NCBI GenBank assembly: GCA_951406725.2
Contig: OX597823.1
Span: forward strand, 62,868,001-62,932,000
Direction of reading: 5' to 3'
Length of the DNA: 64,000 nt
DNA from: Octopus vulgaris
Lineage: Eukaryota
The position numbers were made by a program, and so were the translations under genes. The notes under the pieces were generated by a model. The model saw only the letters and a program-made list of their open reading frames with translations. It was not told the DNA's origin and searched no databases. Of the stretch, positions 25,435-37,440 are shown one piece after another. Positions within the stretch are counted from its first letter, which is position 1; every line of letters begins with the position of its first letter.

Positions 25435-25890
25435 TATACATATATGTATATATTATATAGGTATATATTATATAGGTATATATTATATAGGTATATATAT
25501 ATATAGGTATATATTATATAGGTATATATTATATAGGTATATATTATATAGGTATATATTATATAGGTATATATTATATAGGTATATATTATATAGGTAT
25601 ATATATATATATAGGTATATATGTATATATATAGGTATATATATATATAGGTATACATTATATACGTATATAGGTATATATATATAGGTATACATTATAT
25701 ACGTATATATGTATATATATAGGTATATATATAGGTATATATATATATATATATAGGTATATATATAGGTATACATTATATAGGTATATATATAGGTATA
25801 CATTATATACGTATATATATATATATATACATATATAAACATATATTATGTAGGTATATACTACATATGTATATATACATACATATATAT
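24975..25890. repeat. TA-rich compound repeat with a tataggtatatatta-type unit
   Basis: Visible tandem units. Confidence 0.9.
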
Positions 25891-25896
25891 TTATTT

Positions 25897-26284
25897 TTAT
25901 ATATAAAAGTGAGGTTGTGTGCTGTCTGTCTCCTACGATTTAGATTCCTAACTACTCCCACATTTTGCGGTGCAGTTTAACCAAAACCGGGTATCTTATA
26001 GTCGTGATTCATATCGAGCCCTTCTGGGTATTAGCGCGCGTCTACGATGAGCCTACGATTTAAAAAATAATTTACCATCAATTTTTCCCATTTTTAATGC
26101 ATTTTTGGCATATATAAGGGAAGTAACTCTAAAAATTTATTAAATCTCAGAACGTAAAAGGCTACAGTAACACCTCCCCTTTGTGGTTAGCCATATTGAA
26201 ATGGCTATTATACTTTACATCTCTAAAAATGCTTATATAGTTATTTCCCTTATAAACCCGAGCAACGCCCGGCGATACTGCTAG
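25897..26284 (+). mobile_element. Non-autonomous Helitron-like element
   Basis: Begins tatatataaaa; ends with the cccgagcaacgcccgg hairpin followed by CTAG|T. Confidence 0.65.
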
Positions 26285-26303
26285 TATATATATATACATA
26301 TAC

Positions 26304-26341
<38 letters not shown>

Positions 26342-26384
26342 GTGTGTATATACATTTATATATGTATATATACGTTTATATATC

Positions 26385-27075
26385 GTCACTTCATCCTTCG
26401 TGGATATCCTCTCACCACTATTCACACTGCCGTTACCAGCGCACGTTCCGTGGACCGTGCATCTACTCCCTCGCTCCATCTCCTGTTTCCCCTCACCTAC
26501 CACCCCACCACCCTACCTCTCCAACGCAACATTTTCCGAGCCTTCCGGCGACTCCAGTCCGACTTCTCTACTTTGCACATCTTTTCTAACTGACCCCTCC
26601 CCTCCTTCAATCGAGTCCACAACCGACGAGACCTCTTGGTCCACAGCTTCTTGCCTAGACCAACCTCCCAATCCAGCTCGTTCCCTTCTCCCTCTCACGC
26701 TGCCGCACTTGCCCTTACTTCTCCAACACCACCCTCCTCACCGGCACTCCTCATCGATGCTATCATATCACCGACTCCTTCACTTGCATTCGTAGCAATG
26801 TCATCTAATGCATCCCCTGCTCTCTCTGCCCTTCTCTATACATCGGGCAAACGGAACACTGCTTGGCCAATCGGTTCGCGGAACACCCCCGAAACATCCA
26901 ACACGGCAGTGACACCCCGGTCTCACGCCATTTCCGCTCTACTGCTCACTCTTTGCAACACCTGTCTGTGTTCGGGCTGTCCTTGCACAGGGGCCATCCG
27001 GACTCTCGTCTTCGCCATGAACAGGGATTAATCTTCTCTCTTCGCTACTTTGCACCGCATGGGCTCAACTTTCCT
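26385..27075 (+). mobile_element. Penelope-like element: RT thumb plus GIY-YIG fragment
   Basis: RGYP..., PLTYHP...LQSD, YIGQTEH.LANRFAEH...PVSRHF...EQGLIFSL...PHGLN. Confidence 0.85.
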
Positions 27076-27574
27076 CCCCTCTCCTTTCTTCCTCTCACAC
27101 GTACTTCCTCCCTCCCACCTCTCTCCTCTCTTGATCCGACTCCTCTTCACTCCTACCCTCCTTCTCCCTTCTCGTCACTCCTACCCACCGCCCTTCCCCC
27201 TCTCCCTTGATCATCACCCCTCCCTCGTAACTCCATCCTACACAATCCAACCTTACTTTTCCTATTCATCCCACCCCACCCCACCCCATCCATTACACCC
27301 ACTCTCACATGCCCCACCTCTACCCCACCCTGAGTCTAACCCACACCCCACCTTTGCTTTCCCTATAATCGCCTCCCCCACATCCCAACACCACCATACA
27401 CAAGATCACATCACACCACCACGCACACACTATCACTGACCACTTCCCAGCACCCACACCATCATCCACACACACATGCACACACCTACACATGCACACA
27501 CGCACACGTTAAGGACACCATATATATATATATATATATATATGTGTATATATATATATATATATATCACTTCT

Positions 27575-28410
27575 TAATTTGAACGGAGGCAATGCAAGCG
27601 GAAACTAGAGGAACATAATTAAGAGCCACACTCGAAGATCCAATCGATACATATATTCATATATTCTTCCACATTTACAAATTCTAGATATAAAGATATA
27701 AAAATATATATAAATAGATATAAGTCGGTGTTATACACAAAACATAGTGAATTTACATTTTAAAAGTTGAGTTCCATCTTCGGATCATTTCAGAGACGTG
27801 CCCATATCAAAACTGACACTCCCCTCATCAAGATGTTTTTACACACACTAAACAAAAACAAATACAAAGATACTCATATACAATTACATACCAGACATTT
27901 GTAATACAAATTACATATGTAATCCAATTACAAACCAGCCATTCGTAATTACAAATGGCTAGTATGTAATTGTATATTAATGTTTTTGTAATGTTTTTGT
28001 ATAGTGTGTAAAAAACATCTTGCTGAGAGGAGAGTTAATTTTGATAATATGAAATATATCATATTACTTGGCACGTCTCTGAAACGGCCCCTAGATGGAA
28101 CTCTAAATTTTAAAATTTTGCTGTTATTTTTCGGAGTTTTTTTTAATACGTTCTTTTAATGTTTCATCATCCCAAATTTTTATTATACCAATATTTTATA
28201 ACTTTTAAAGTGTAAATTCTTTGTGTTTTATGTAATAACACCGACTTATATCTATTTATATCTATTTTTATATCTTTATATCTAGAATCTATACATCCGT
28301 TTTGTAAATGTGGAAGAATATATGAATATATGTATCAATTTGATCTTCGAGTGTGGATCTTAATTATGCTCCTCTAGTTTCCTCTTGCATTTCCTCCATT
28401 CAGATTATTA
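27575..28410. repeat. About 840-bp imperfect foldback
   Basis: Arms align in reverse complement (e.g. taagtcggtgttat / ataacaccgactta). Confidence 0.85.
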
Positions 28411-28500
28411 AACGAAATATAGCTCACTTGGAGCACTACAACTCCTGTCTGTATTTTTTGCGAGTATTGTTAATACTAGCAGTCTCAAAATAAAGCTGTG

Positions 28501-28551
<51 letters not shown>

Positions 28552-28623
28552 CACATACATACGTATATATACAATTACATATATGTATGTATATATATAT
28601 ATACATATACACACGCATATATA

Positions 28624-28655
<32 letters not shown>

Positions 28656-28684
28656 GCCCATACTCGATAACGAGGGGGCAGCCA

Positions 28685-28741
<57 letters not shown>

Positions 28742-28799
28742 TGCCCCCTCGTTATCGAGTATGGCCATTGCACGAAGCTTAATCAATGTTGTTATCGTG

Positions 28800-29234
28800 C
28801 AATGCCTGTGCAAGGAGATTTTTTTTAAAGTGAGGAAAGGCTGTGCACTGAGTCAATCCCACTCACTAAGCAACAGCAGCCATAATCCTAGAAGAAGAAC
28901 GAGTCAACATCATCGGTAACCACTGAGCCGCAGGTTTTATGTCGGAGTTATTCCAGTTACCTGAGTTACCTTCTCCTAGAAGGATGCCCTAACAAAGGCT
29001 AGGAGTCCTTCACTCCCAAGTGTTTAACCGCGCGATCGGGTATTCAGTCCGATTATTTCTATGTCCCCGCGCATGAAACAGCCATAATACATTTATTGGA
29101 TGGCCGTTGACTCTCAAGACTTCCCCCGCCCTTTGACGGGTTTTGTTTTCCATCCCGCAGGGTGTCCAATAATCACCCTCCGCACCAAGCAAGCTTGGTG
29201 GGGTTGCCGGTTTAGTCGCCGACGACCCGACCAT
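28800..29234 (-). mobile_element. Possible RTE-type LINE 5' region
   Basis: tagcctttgttagggcatccttctaggagaaggtaactc resembles RTE-associated UTR sequence (from memory); no ORF. Confidence 0.3.
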
Positions 29235-29559
29235 ATATATATATATATATATACATACATATACGTACATATATAAACATATATTCATATACATATATGT
29301 ATATATGTTTCTATATATGTATGTATGTATATATGTATTTGTATGTATATATATATATGTATTTGTATGTATATGTATTGTATATATGTATTTGTATGTA
29401 TATATATGTATGTATATATATATATGTATATGTGTGTATATATATGTATATATATATGAATATGTATGTATATGTGTGTATATATATGTATGTGTGTATA
29501 TATATATATGAATATGTATATATATATATACATACATATATATATATATATACATACAA

Positions 29560-29594
<35 letters not shown>

Positions 29595-30559
29595 CATACA
29601 AATACATATATACATACATACATATATAGAAACATACATACATATATGTATATGAATATATGTTTATATATGTACGTATATGTATGTATATATATATGGT
29701 CGGGTCGTCGGCGACTAAACCGGCAACCCCACCAAGCTTGTATACAAAATCAAGGACGGAGAAAAAAAAACGGAGAAATGGTACACAAATACAAATGCAA
29801 ACAACAGGACATTAACAATAGGTGTCTTTCGACTAAGGACGAATTAAATTAAGCTGGCGTGTGTGGAAATGATGCCTTACATCATGGACATAAGAGATGA
29901 CAGGAACGGAATGGAAAGGAATATAGATGTTGCACGGATGACATATATATATGTGTGTGTGTGTGCGTGTATAATATATACACATTTCGTTTTGGGATTT
30001 GGTTTGCAAGATTCTTTATATAAGTTCGCGTGTTGAAACATATTCTGTTGTGTCTGGGGAGAGTCATTTTCTTTTTGTGCCTTATAATGTAAGACACCGG
30101 TAAAATTTCCACTTATTTTTAATTTTTATTTTTATAAAATAAATAAGTGGAAATTTTACCGGTGAGTGTATTAAATTATAAGGCAAAAAAAAAATGACTC
30201 ACCCCAGACACAACAGTATATATATATATAGACAAACATATACATGCATGCATATATTTATATATGTGTGTGTATGTGCATTGCGCGCGTGTTTGAGTGT
30301 GTGTGTATAACCATATATATATATTATATATGTGTGTGTTATATATATTATATATATGGTTATACACACACACCCAAACGCGGGTTATACACACACACCC
30401 AAACGCGGGTTATACACACACACCCAAACGCGGGTTATACACACACACCCAAACGCGCGCGCAATGCACATACACACACATATATAAATATATGCATGCA
30501 TGTATATGTTTGTCTATTTTCCCAGTGTTGCTCATGCTAATTATCCCATTGATGGGATC

Positions 30560-30938
30560 CTAAGAGATGTTACCACTCCGGGTCAAAATACACATGGGAA
30601 CAATATTAGATAAGAAGTGGTTCCATACTCCTCACGACCTTAGAACTCGCGAAGCAGAGCCCACTACTGAATGCAGTTTAAAACCGTACTCAATACTGGG
30701 CGTGGAAGGACTCTTTGTTCTAGTTAAAACTTCTAGGAGCATTGCAGAACGAATAAATGAACATCTGAGACAATATGACGACAAAAAAACAGTCCTCCAT
30801 ACCAACATGCCACAATGGAGGCAACTTGGGTCAAGTTGACATCCGCATCTTATCCAAGCACCCAGAAGACCCAACACTCAGACAAATACGGGAGTATGTC
30901 CTAATAAATGAAACCTCCCCAATACTAAATAGGAAATA
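30560..30938 (+). mobile_element. Penelope-like GIY-YIG fragment
   Basis: TSRSIAERINEHL...IRILSKHPEDPTLRQIREYVLINETSPILNRKY; clear homology to 59000-59220 from about 30720. Confidence 0.75.
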
Positions 30939-31769
30939 CAGTCAACTCTCGCTACTATGTCACCCTGCGGGACTGAGCCAAAATGGCATAGTACCGAGGG
31001 TCTGTTATCTAAACACTACATAACTAAAAATTTACTGAACATACGAATAAAAATTCATAGGGTAGGAAGTAAGGCCAATAAGAAGTTCAATGCAATGGTA
31101 AAAAGAAGACATCCAAGTTTATTAAGTTCAGATTGCTTTTAGTTAATCCCGAAGCTCTCAAAAATTGTCGGCTGACGCATCTTCTTTCGGCGGATTTCAT
31201 TTATTTCGTTGTCTAGCCTATCACACGCCTGCATGACGCTGGGTTTTCCGCTGCTCTGCTGCTGCATAAACTTTCGGATAGTGCTCCATGCTCTCTGGGC
31301 GTCTGCAAACGAAACGTATTCCTCTTCCACAATTACCTCGTCGTCTTCACTTTCCACCGGCTCTTCGTTATGTTTTACCTCCTTTGCTATTTCTTCTAGA
31401 GTGAAACATGTCGGACAATACAAGGGGCGGTAACTTATATCAGATATTACTAAGATACGAGGGGCCCGACAATAACGTTTTTCGCAGCATCGATAATCTC
31501 CTTCTTTTCCTTCAGCGAAAACTCAGTCCGCTTGCGTTTCTGAGCTGACATTGTGTGCTACTTTCTGAACTTTTCCACAAGATTACAAATACGAAATGTA
31601 CAAAATTTCGAAAAGTTGCGTGCGCTTCAGTTTACAAGTGGCGTAGTAGCGAGAGTTGAGGGTGACATAGTAAAAATTTTTTGTTTATTATTTGGACGGG
31701 ACCGCGCAAAACTGGCATAGTAGCGAGAGTGGCATAGTAGCGAGGTGGCATAGTAGCGAGAGTTGACTG
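30939..31769 (-). mobile_element. Internally deleted pogo/Tigger-like element (831 bp)
   Basis: TIRs cagtcaactctcgcta / tagcgagagttgactg with TA duplication. Keeps the N-terminus MSAQKRKRTEFSLKEKKEII (ATG at 31551) and the C-terminus ...KKMRQPTIFESF; no DDE domain. Confidence 0.88.
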
Positions 31770-32064
31770 TATACATAGTAGATATCATACTTCCATACCC
31801 ACAGTTTACACAGGTAGAGTAGAATAGTTAGTGGACTGTTATGTAGATAGATGTATGTATGTGTGTGTGTATGCACATGTATTTTTTTTTGTATGTAAGC
31901 ATACAGGAGTGGCTGTGTGGTAAGTAGCTTGCTAACCAACCACATGGTTCCGGGTTCACTCCCACTGCGTGGCTTCTTGGGCAAGTGTCTGCTATAGCCC
32001 CGGGCCAACCAATGCCTTGTGAGTGGATTTGGTAGACGGAAACTAAAAGAAGCCTGTCGTATAT

Positions 32065-32803
32065 TGTGGACAACAACATAAGCTGGGCCACTCATATAAA
32101 CACCAAAGTTGACATGGCCCGCAGAATGTGTTCCTGGATTCTCAGAACTTTCCAGTCGAGAGATATCCACACCATTATCCTTCTCTTCTCCACTTTTGCC
32201 CGACCCCACCTTGAATACTGTTGTCCACTGTGGTCTCCCCACACAATACAAAGTATCATAAAAGTTGAAGCACCTCAAAGAGCAATCACAAAAAAGATAG
32301 ATGGCATGACAGGCCTCGACTATTGGGGTCGACTAGAAAAGCTAAAACTTTATTCTCTCCAACGTCGTCGTGAGCGCTACATCATCTGCATGATGTGGAA
32401 AATATTCCATCAGCATTGCCCAAATGATGTTGGCATCACCTTTAAGGTACATCCAAGGCTTGGGCACCGTGCCATCCGCCCAAAACAAAAATCGCACTCT
32501 CATCTCATAACAACAATACGGCACAATTATTTCACCTCAATTGGCCCCGCTCTCTTTAACATTACACCAAAACACATTAAAACAGAAACTGACCCTATAG
32601 GGTTCAAGAAGTCTTTGGACAGATTCCTTCAAGAAATCCCGGATAAACGCCCTACACCCGGATATGTCTCTGTAAACAATAACTCTCTACTTGAGTGGGC
32701 CATAGTGCCCAAATTCTGACTTGAAAGACTTCACCAGGTGGTGCTATTAAGTTAGACATGGCCTGGGCCAATAATGGCCGAAACCTATCAAAGTATCAAA
32801 GTA
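32065..32803 (+). mobile_element. 5'-truncated CR1-like LINE with an uninterrupted 217-aa RT C-terminus
   Basis: RPHLEYC..LWSP, LYSLQRRRERY, GPALFN; (atcaaagt)n tail. Confidence 0.9.
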
Positions 32804-33447
32804 TATATGTATATATATATATATGCGTGTTTGTGTGTCTGTGTTTGTCCCTCTAGCATTGCTTGACAACCCATGCTGGTGTGTTTATGTCCCCGTAACT
32901 TAGCGGTTCGGCAAAAGAGACCAATAGAATAAGTACTGGGCTTACAAAGAATAAGTCCCGGGGTCGATTTGCTCGACTAAAGGCGGTGCTCCAGCATGGC
33001 CGCAGTCAAATGACTGAAACAAGTAAAAGAGTAATATGGATATGAAAATAAACAGATCAACATATAGACAGATAGGTACATAGGTTATAAGAACAGACAA
33101 GCACACATACGCAAATGGAGACTGAAACACATGACCATACACACGCACACACACACTTTACTCCAGACAAGGACACATATGGAGTCACGGATCCACACAT
33201 AGAGATGCACATCCATACATACAAACATGGTACATAGTTGCATAACACACACAAGGAACCAGAGGTGCATACATACACAAACACGCTCACGCACACACAT
33301 ACACAGAAAATACACAAACACGGACATGCAAGCACATGAATATGTAGGATACATACATACAGATGCACACACATACATACATATATACATATGCATACAC
33401 ACACATATATACATACATACACACACATACATACATGCATGCATAGG

Positions 33448-33478
<31 letters not shown>

Positions 33479-34799
33479 ACCCACACACATGCGCACAAAC
33501 AAACAAAAAGGAACGCAGTGTAAATAACGGACGGAGTCAAGACTATTGAACGAAATTTTAGGAAAATAAAAATAAGAAATAAGTGGAAATTTTACCGGTG
33601 CGTGTGTTACATTATAAGGCACAAAAAGAAAATGATTCTCCCCAGACACAACAGAATATACACACATATTTTATAAGTATATATATATATAATACATACA
33701 CATATTTTATACGTATATATGTGATATATATATACATATATATTATATACATACATACGTGTATATATATATATATATACGTATACGAGCAAAACGCCCC
33801 CCACCGTCCAATGGACGGTGCTGAGTTGTCAAACATTTAAACCAAATTTTCTCAAAACAACTTGTCCGACCGTCCCATAGGCCTCCCCTTTGAGAAACAC
33901 TGATTTAACCTAAATTTGAGACACCAGCAAAAGAAGCAATAAAGATAGACTTTTTTCTATTCCAAAGAAAAACGATTTTATTCACACAAATATGCAACCG
34001 AAGAGTTTAAAGTACCAGTAATGATAAGGCTGTTGACTGGGAGAACACAAACATTGTTTAAACAGTAAGTTTGGCAGGAAAGAAACGTGCCTTTAAGCAG
34101 TACAAAAACAAACAAAAAAATGGAAGGTGCAGTTACGTACAGGCTGACCGAAGAATAGCAGGACAAAAACGATGCATGCAAATGGGTTAGCTGGATGTAA
34201 ATCTAGATGGAAAAGCATGATGAATTTATGAGAACGTACCTGGGATATTTTCCTTTTGAACGGCAGTTTTCAACACAATTTCTAGTTAACTAAACACTTT
34301 TAAACTTCGTATACTGGTAGAATGTGTTTATAAAACATCGTTTTTTCTTGACTTTATTGAGAAAATTCTATAGTTTGTAAGATATTTCCACTTTAAAATC
34401 GAGCATTTCGGAAATTTTAACCAATCGCTGGAGTCCATTTGGGGTGAAAGCATTCGTGCTGTATGAATATGTCCCTCCTTTAAGAAACAGATGGGGTTTA
34501 TTTACATTTGCGAAGAAAAAAATATACCCTTCCCCCACCCATAACCCTAACCCCACCCCTAACTCTAACCCTAAAACAGATTGAAATGCAATAGATCGAT
34601 ACTAGGGTTATAATTATGGGTGACATTTTCATTTGAAAACGCTAGAAAAAAAATCCAATTTTCCGTAGCGGTGTCGTATGAAATTGTCACCCATAATTAT
34701 AACCTTTGTATCGATCTATTGCATTTCAATGTTTTAGGGTTTGGGTTAGTTAGAGTTTCCCGGTTTCTGTGGCGTATGTGTTCTTAACTAATTTTAAAC

Positions 34800-35031
34800 T
34801 ATCTTACTTTACGGGATGTTCAAGGGCATGAAAAAGCTAATGGAGCGCACAAATGCACGTTCCCACGGCTTTATCGATCGCATTCTCACCTGGAATCGAT
34901 TTTTGTAATTTTTTCAAGACTTATATACCGTCGATATCTACATATCAAATTTGAGCGCAATCGGATGGAGGATGCCCGAGATCCCAGAAGACACACAAGC
35001 AGACAGACAGAACGGATTTTATATAATAGAT
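34800..35031 (-). mobile_element. Helitron/DINE-like short element
   Basis: Minus strand starts atctattatataaaa...tctgtctgtc; internal aaatttgagcgcaatcgg. Confidence 0.4.
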
Positions 35032-35306
35032 ATTATATGCTTATATATACATATTTATTTATGCGCCCTTTTCAAGCCTAGCCAGGCTCATGGACCCGGT
35101 TTCCCGGTTTCTGTGGCGTATGTGTTCTTTTTGTGCTTTACAATGTAACACACTCACCGGTAAAATTTCCACTTATTTCATATTTTTATTCTCTTAAAAT
35201 TCTCGTTGCGTCTTGCAACCTTTTCAATATGCGTCTTGCAGCCTTTTCAATAGTCTTGACTATTGAAAAGGTTGCAAGACGCATATTGAAAAGGTTGCAA
35301 GATGCA

Positions 35307-35342
35307 TATTGAAAAGGTTGCAAGACGCAACGAAAATTTTAG
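35307..35342 (+). ncRNA. Minimal hammerhead-like motif (U3-A8 core)
   Basis: ta-TTGAAAA-g-gttgc[aagac]gcaac-GAAA-ATT-T-ta. Helix I is only 2-3 bp. A mirror copy lies on the minus strand at about 35190-35228. Confidence 0.45.
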
Positions 35343-35490
35343 GAGAATAAAAATATGAAATAAGTGGAAATTTTACCGGTGAGTGTGTTACATTGTAAGG
35401 CACAAAAAGAAAATGACTCTCCCCAGACAACAGAATATGCTTCAACATACGAACTCATATAAAGAATCTTGCAAACCACATCCAAAAACG

Positions 35491-35536
<46 letters not shown>

Positions 35537-35556
35537 GAATGGAGTTGAACGACGAA

Positions 35557-35674
35557 TTAACAAAATTCCTTTATTTTCGACATATGTTTCGAAGGCTGCA
35601 TATTCCTAATTGCGAAGGAATAAGGAGTATATTATGCCGCTTTCTCATCAGGAAAAGCAAGGAACTTATGTCAA
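35557..35674 (-). ncRNA. Type I hammerhead ribozyme motif with intact core and GUC site
   Basis: Minus strand: ttttc-CTGATGA-g...c-GAAA-CATATG-TC-gaaaa. G10.1-C11.1 is present, helices I and II are long, helix III is the palindrome ACATATGT. Confidence 0.85.
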
Positions 35675-35730
35675 CATCAAGATGCACAAAAAACTTTTAG
35701 ATGACTGCTCACACGGAGCCCATAGCGATA

Positions 35731-35785
<55 letters not shown>

Positions 35786-35884
35786 CGTGTATATACATAC
35801 ATATATACGTGTATTTTTTGTAGTTTCAGCTCAGAGCTGTGGCCATGCTGGAGCACCGCCGTTTTGCTACACTGTTATTACTGA

Positions 35885-36756
35885 GATCCTCCTCTAATAT
35901 GTGGGACTTGGTGAAGAATGGAGTTTGATGTTGCTACCCTCATTTGTACTTCTTGCCGTGAGGTGGGTTCGCCTGGGACTCTCGACTGGAAAAGGTCCAG
36001 CGTTTATTTAAAAAGCGCCTCAGGCTCTCTGGGAAAATATTAAAAAGCTGTGGGCCCCTGAAATCCACGCTGTTGTAGTAACTGGTCCTGAAGCGCGATG
36101 GCATTGCTGGGATCTTTGGCACTGTGCAATGTCGACCCGTTCTGTCATTTGTGTAGCTGTCAATGCCAAAATTTGGCACAATTCCTTCCAGAATCTTCCA
36201 GATGTATATTCTTGCATACCTCTCCCGCCTTCGTTCCAGTGAGTAGAGTCTGAGCTGTTTCAGCCTTTCCTAGTAGGTGAGCTGTTGCAAAGAGACAATC
36301 TTCTTTGTGAAGCCTCGCTCATGTCGATACCCAGGTCCCTCACTGATTTAGGCTCTGGGATTGTAAGTTCCTGTGGACCAGTGTACCCTGTAAGTTCATA
36401 TTCAGTTTTGGACGCTGGTAGCGCAAGGCTTGTAACTTTTGAGCATTGAACTGCATATTATTATCCTCAGCCCATCTGTAAATTGAGTCCAACTCCTGCT
36501 GCAGATGTGCAACATCACTGGGGTTCTGTATTTCCTGCGAAACGTTCGTATCGTCTGCGCAGCTAGCAAGGGTGGCTATCCGGGCAGTTGAGGAACACCG
36601 CTCACTATTTGTGTTTTCATTGAGGTGGCTCCATTGGCTACTACTGACTGACTTCTATCTTTCAGAAAGTCATACCATGGCCCACTTTGTCAAAAGCTTT
36701 TGCAAAATCAAGGTGTATATATACTATAAATACATATATATTATATACGTGTGTAC

Positions 36757-36805
<49 letters not shown>

Positions 36806-37440
36806 ATAAAATAGTGTACATTTAAACACAAGAGAAAACTACCTTTAACAGTCTTGTGTATGGGTGTACATGGCTTAGTTTCGTTTGTAGCCATGATAAC
36901 TGATGCGTTATCGTTTGTGTGATACTTAAAAAATGTTGCTGCTCAGCTATTGCAGTTCGCACCGCATCTGCGTACAACTTTTCGGCAGTCTTTTTTTGTT
37001 GGTGTGCACCAGGGTGTGGACTTTCCTAGGCGTGGGTGCCTATCCTGGTTGCCGGGTGGAAAGTGGTAACTGCTGTGCATTCTATCTTGCCTAAGTCTCC
37101 ATGCCAGCAGGCTCCTTTTATGTAGAATTTGCAGGTTGCGTTTATGGGTTTAGCCTCAGGTTTGAACCCTGCTACACCTGTCTTGCGGCTGGCTCCTCTC
37201 GTCAAGCTTCCACGTTGGGAGAGAGAGAGTTGGAGCCGCTTTTCTTGAGAGCTTTGAGATTATTTTCTTGCTCCTCTTCAGTTTCCCTTTACTGCATTTA
37301 CCCTCATTGGTGGGTATAGAGCTGGTAGCTCTGGGCCTTTCGCTTGGGGCATTGGTTTTGGTGCTTTCCATGCAAACAATTTTCTCAGGCAAATGAGCAT
37401 TTTTAAATTTAAAAATGGTGTCTAACTTGTCCAGATACAT
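35885..37440 (-). mobile_element. Rearranged CR1-like LINE (ORF1-like region plus deleted ORF2)
   Basis: AKAFDKVGHG at about 36690; GPQLFNIFPESLR; upstream CKFYIKGACWHG motif; interrupted by (TA)n. Confidence 0.65.

Noticed and set aside
28980-29234. HDV-like ribozyme at the 5' end of the possible RTE element
   Set aside because: I could not find the nested double-pseudoknot or L3 motif by eye.
29740-29945. TA-flanked unit with ...gtcGAAAgac, considered as a hammerhead
   Set aside because: No acceptable core heptamer or U16.1 could be placed.
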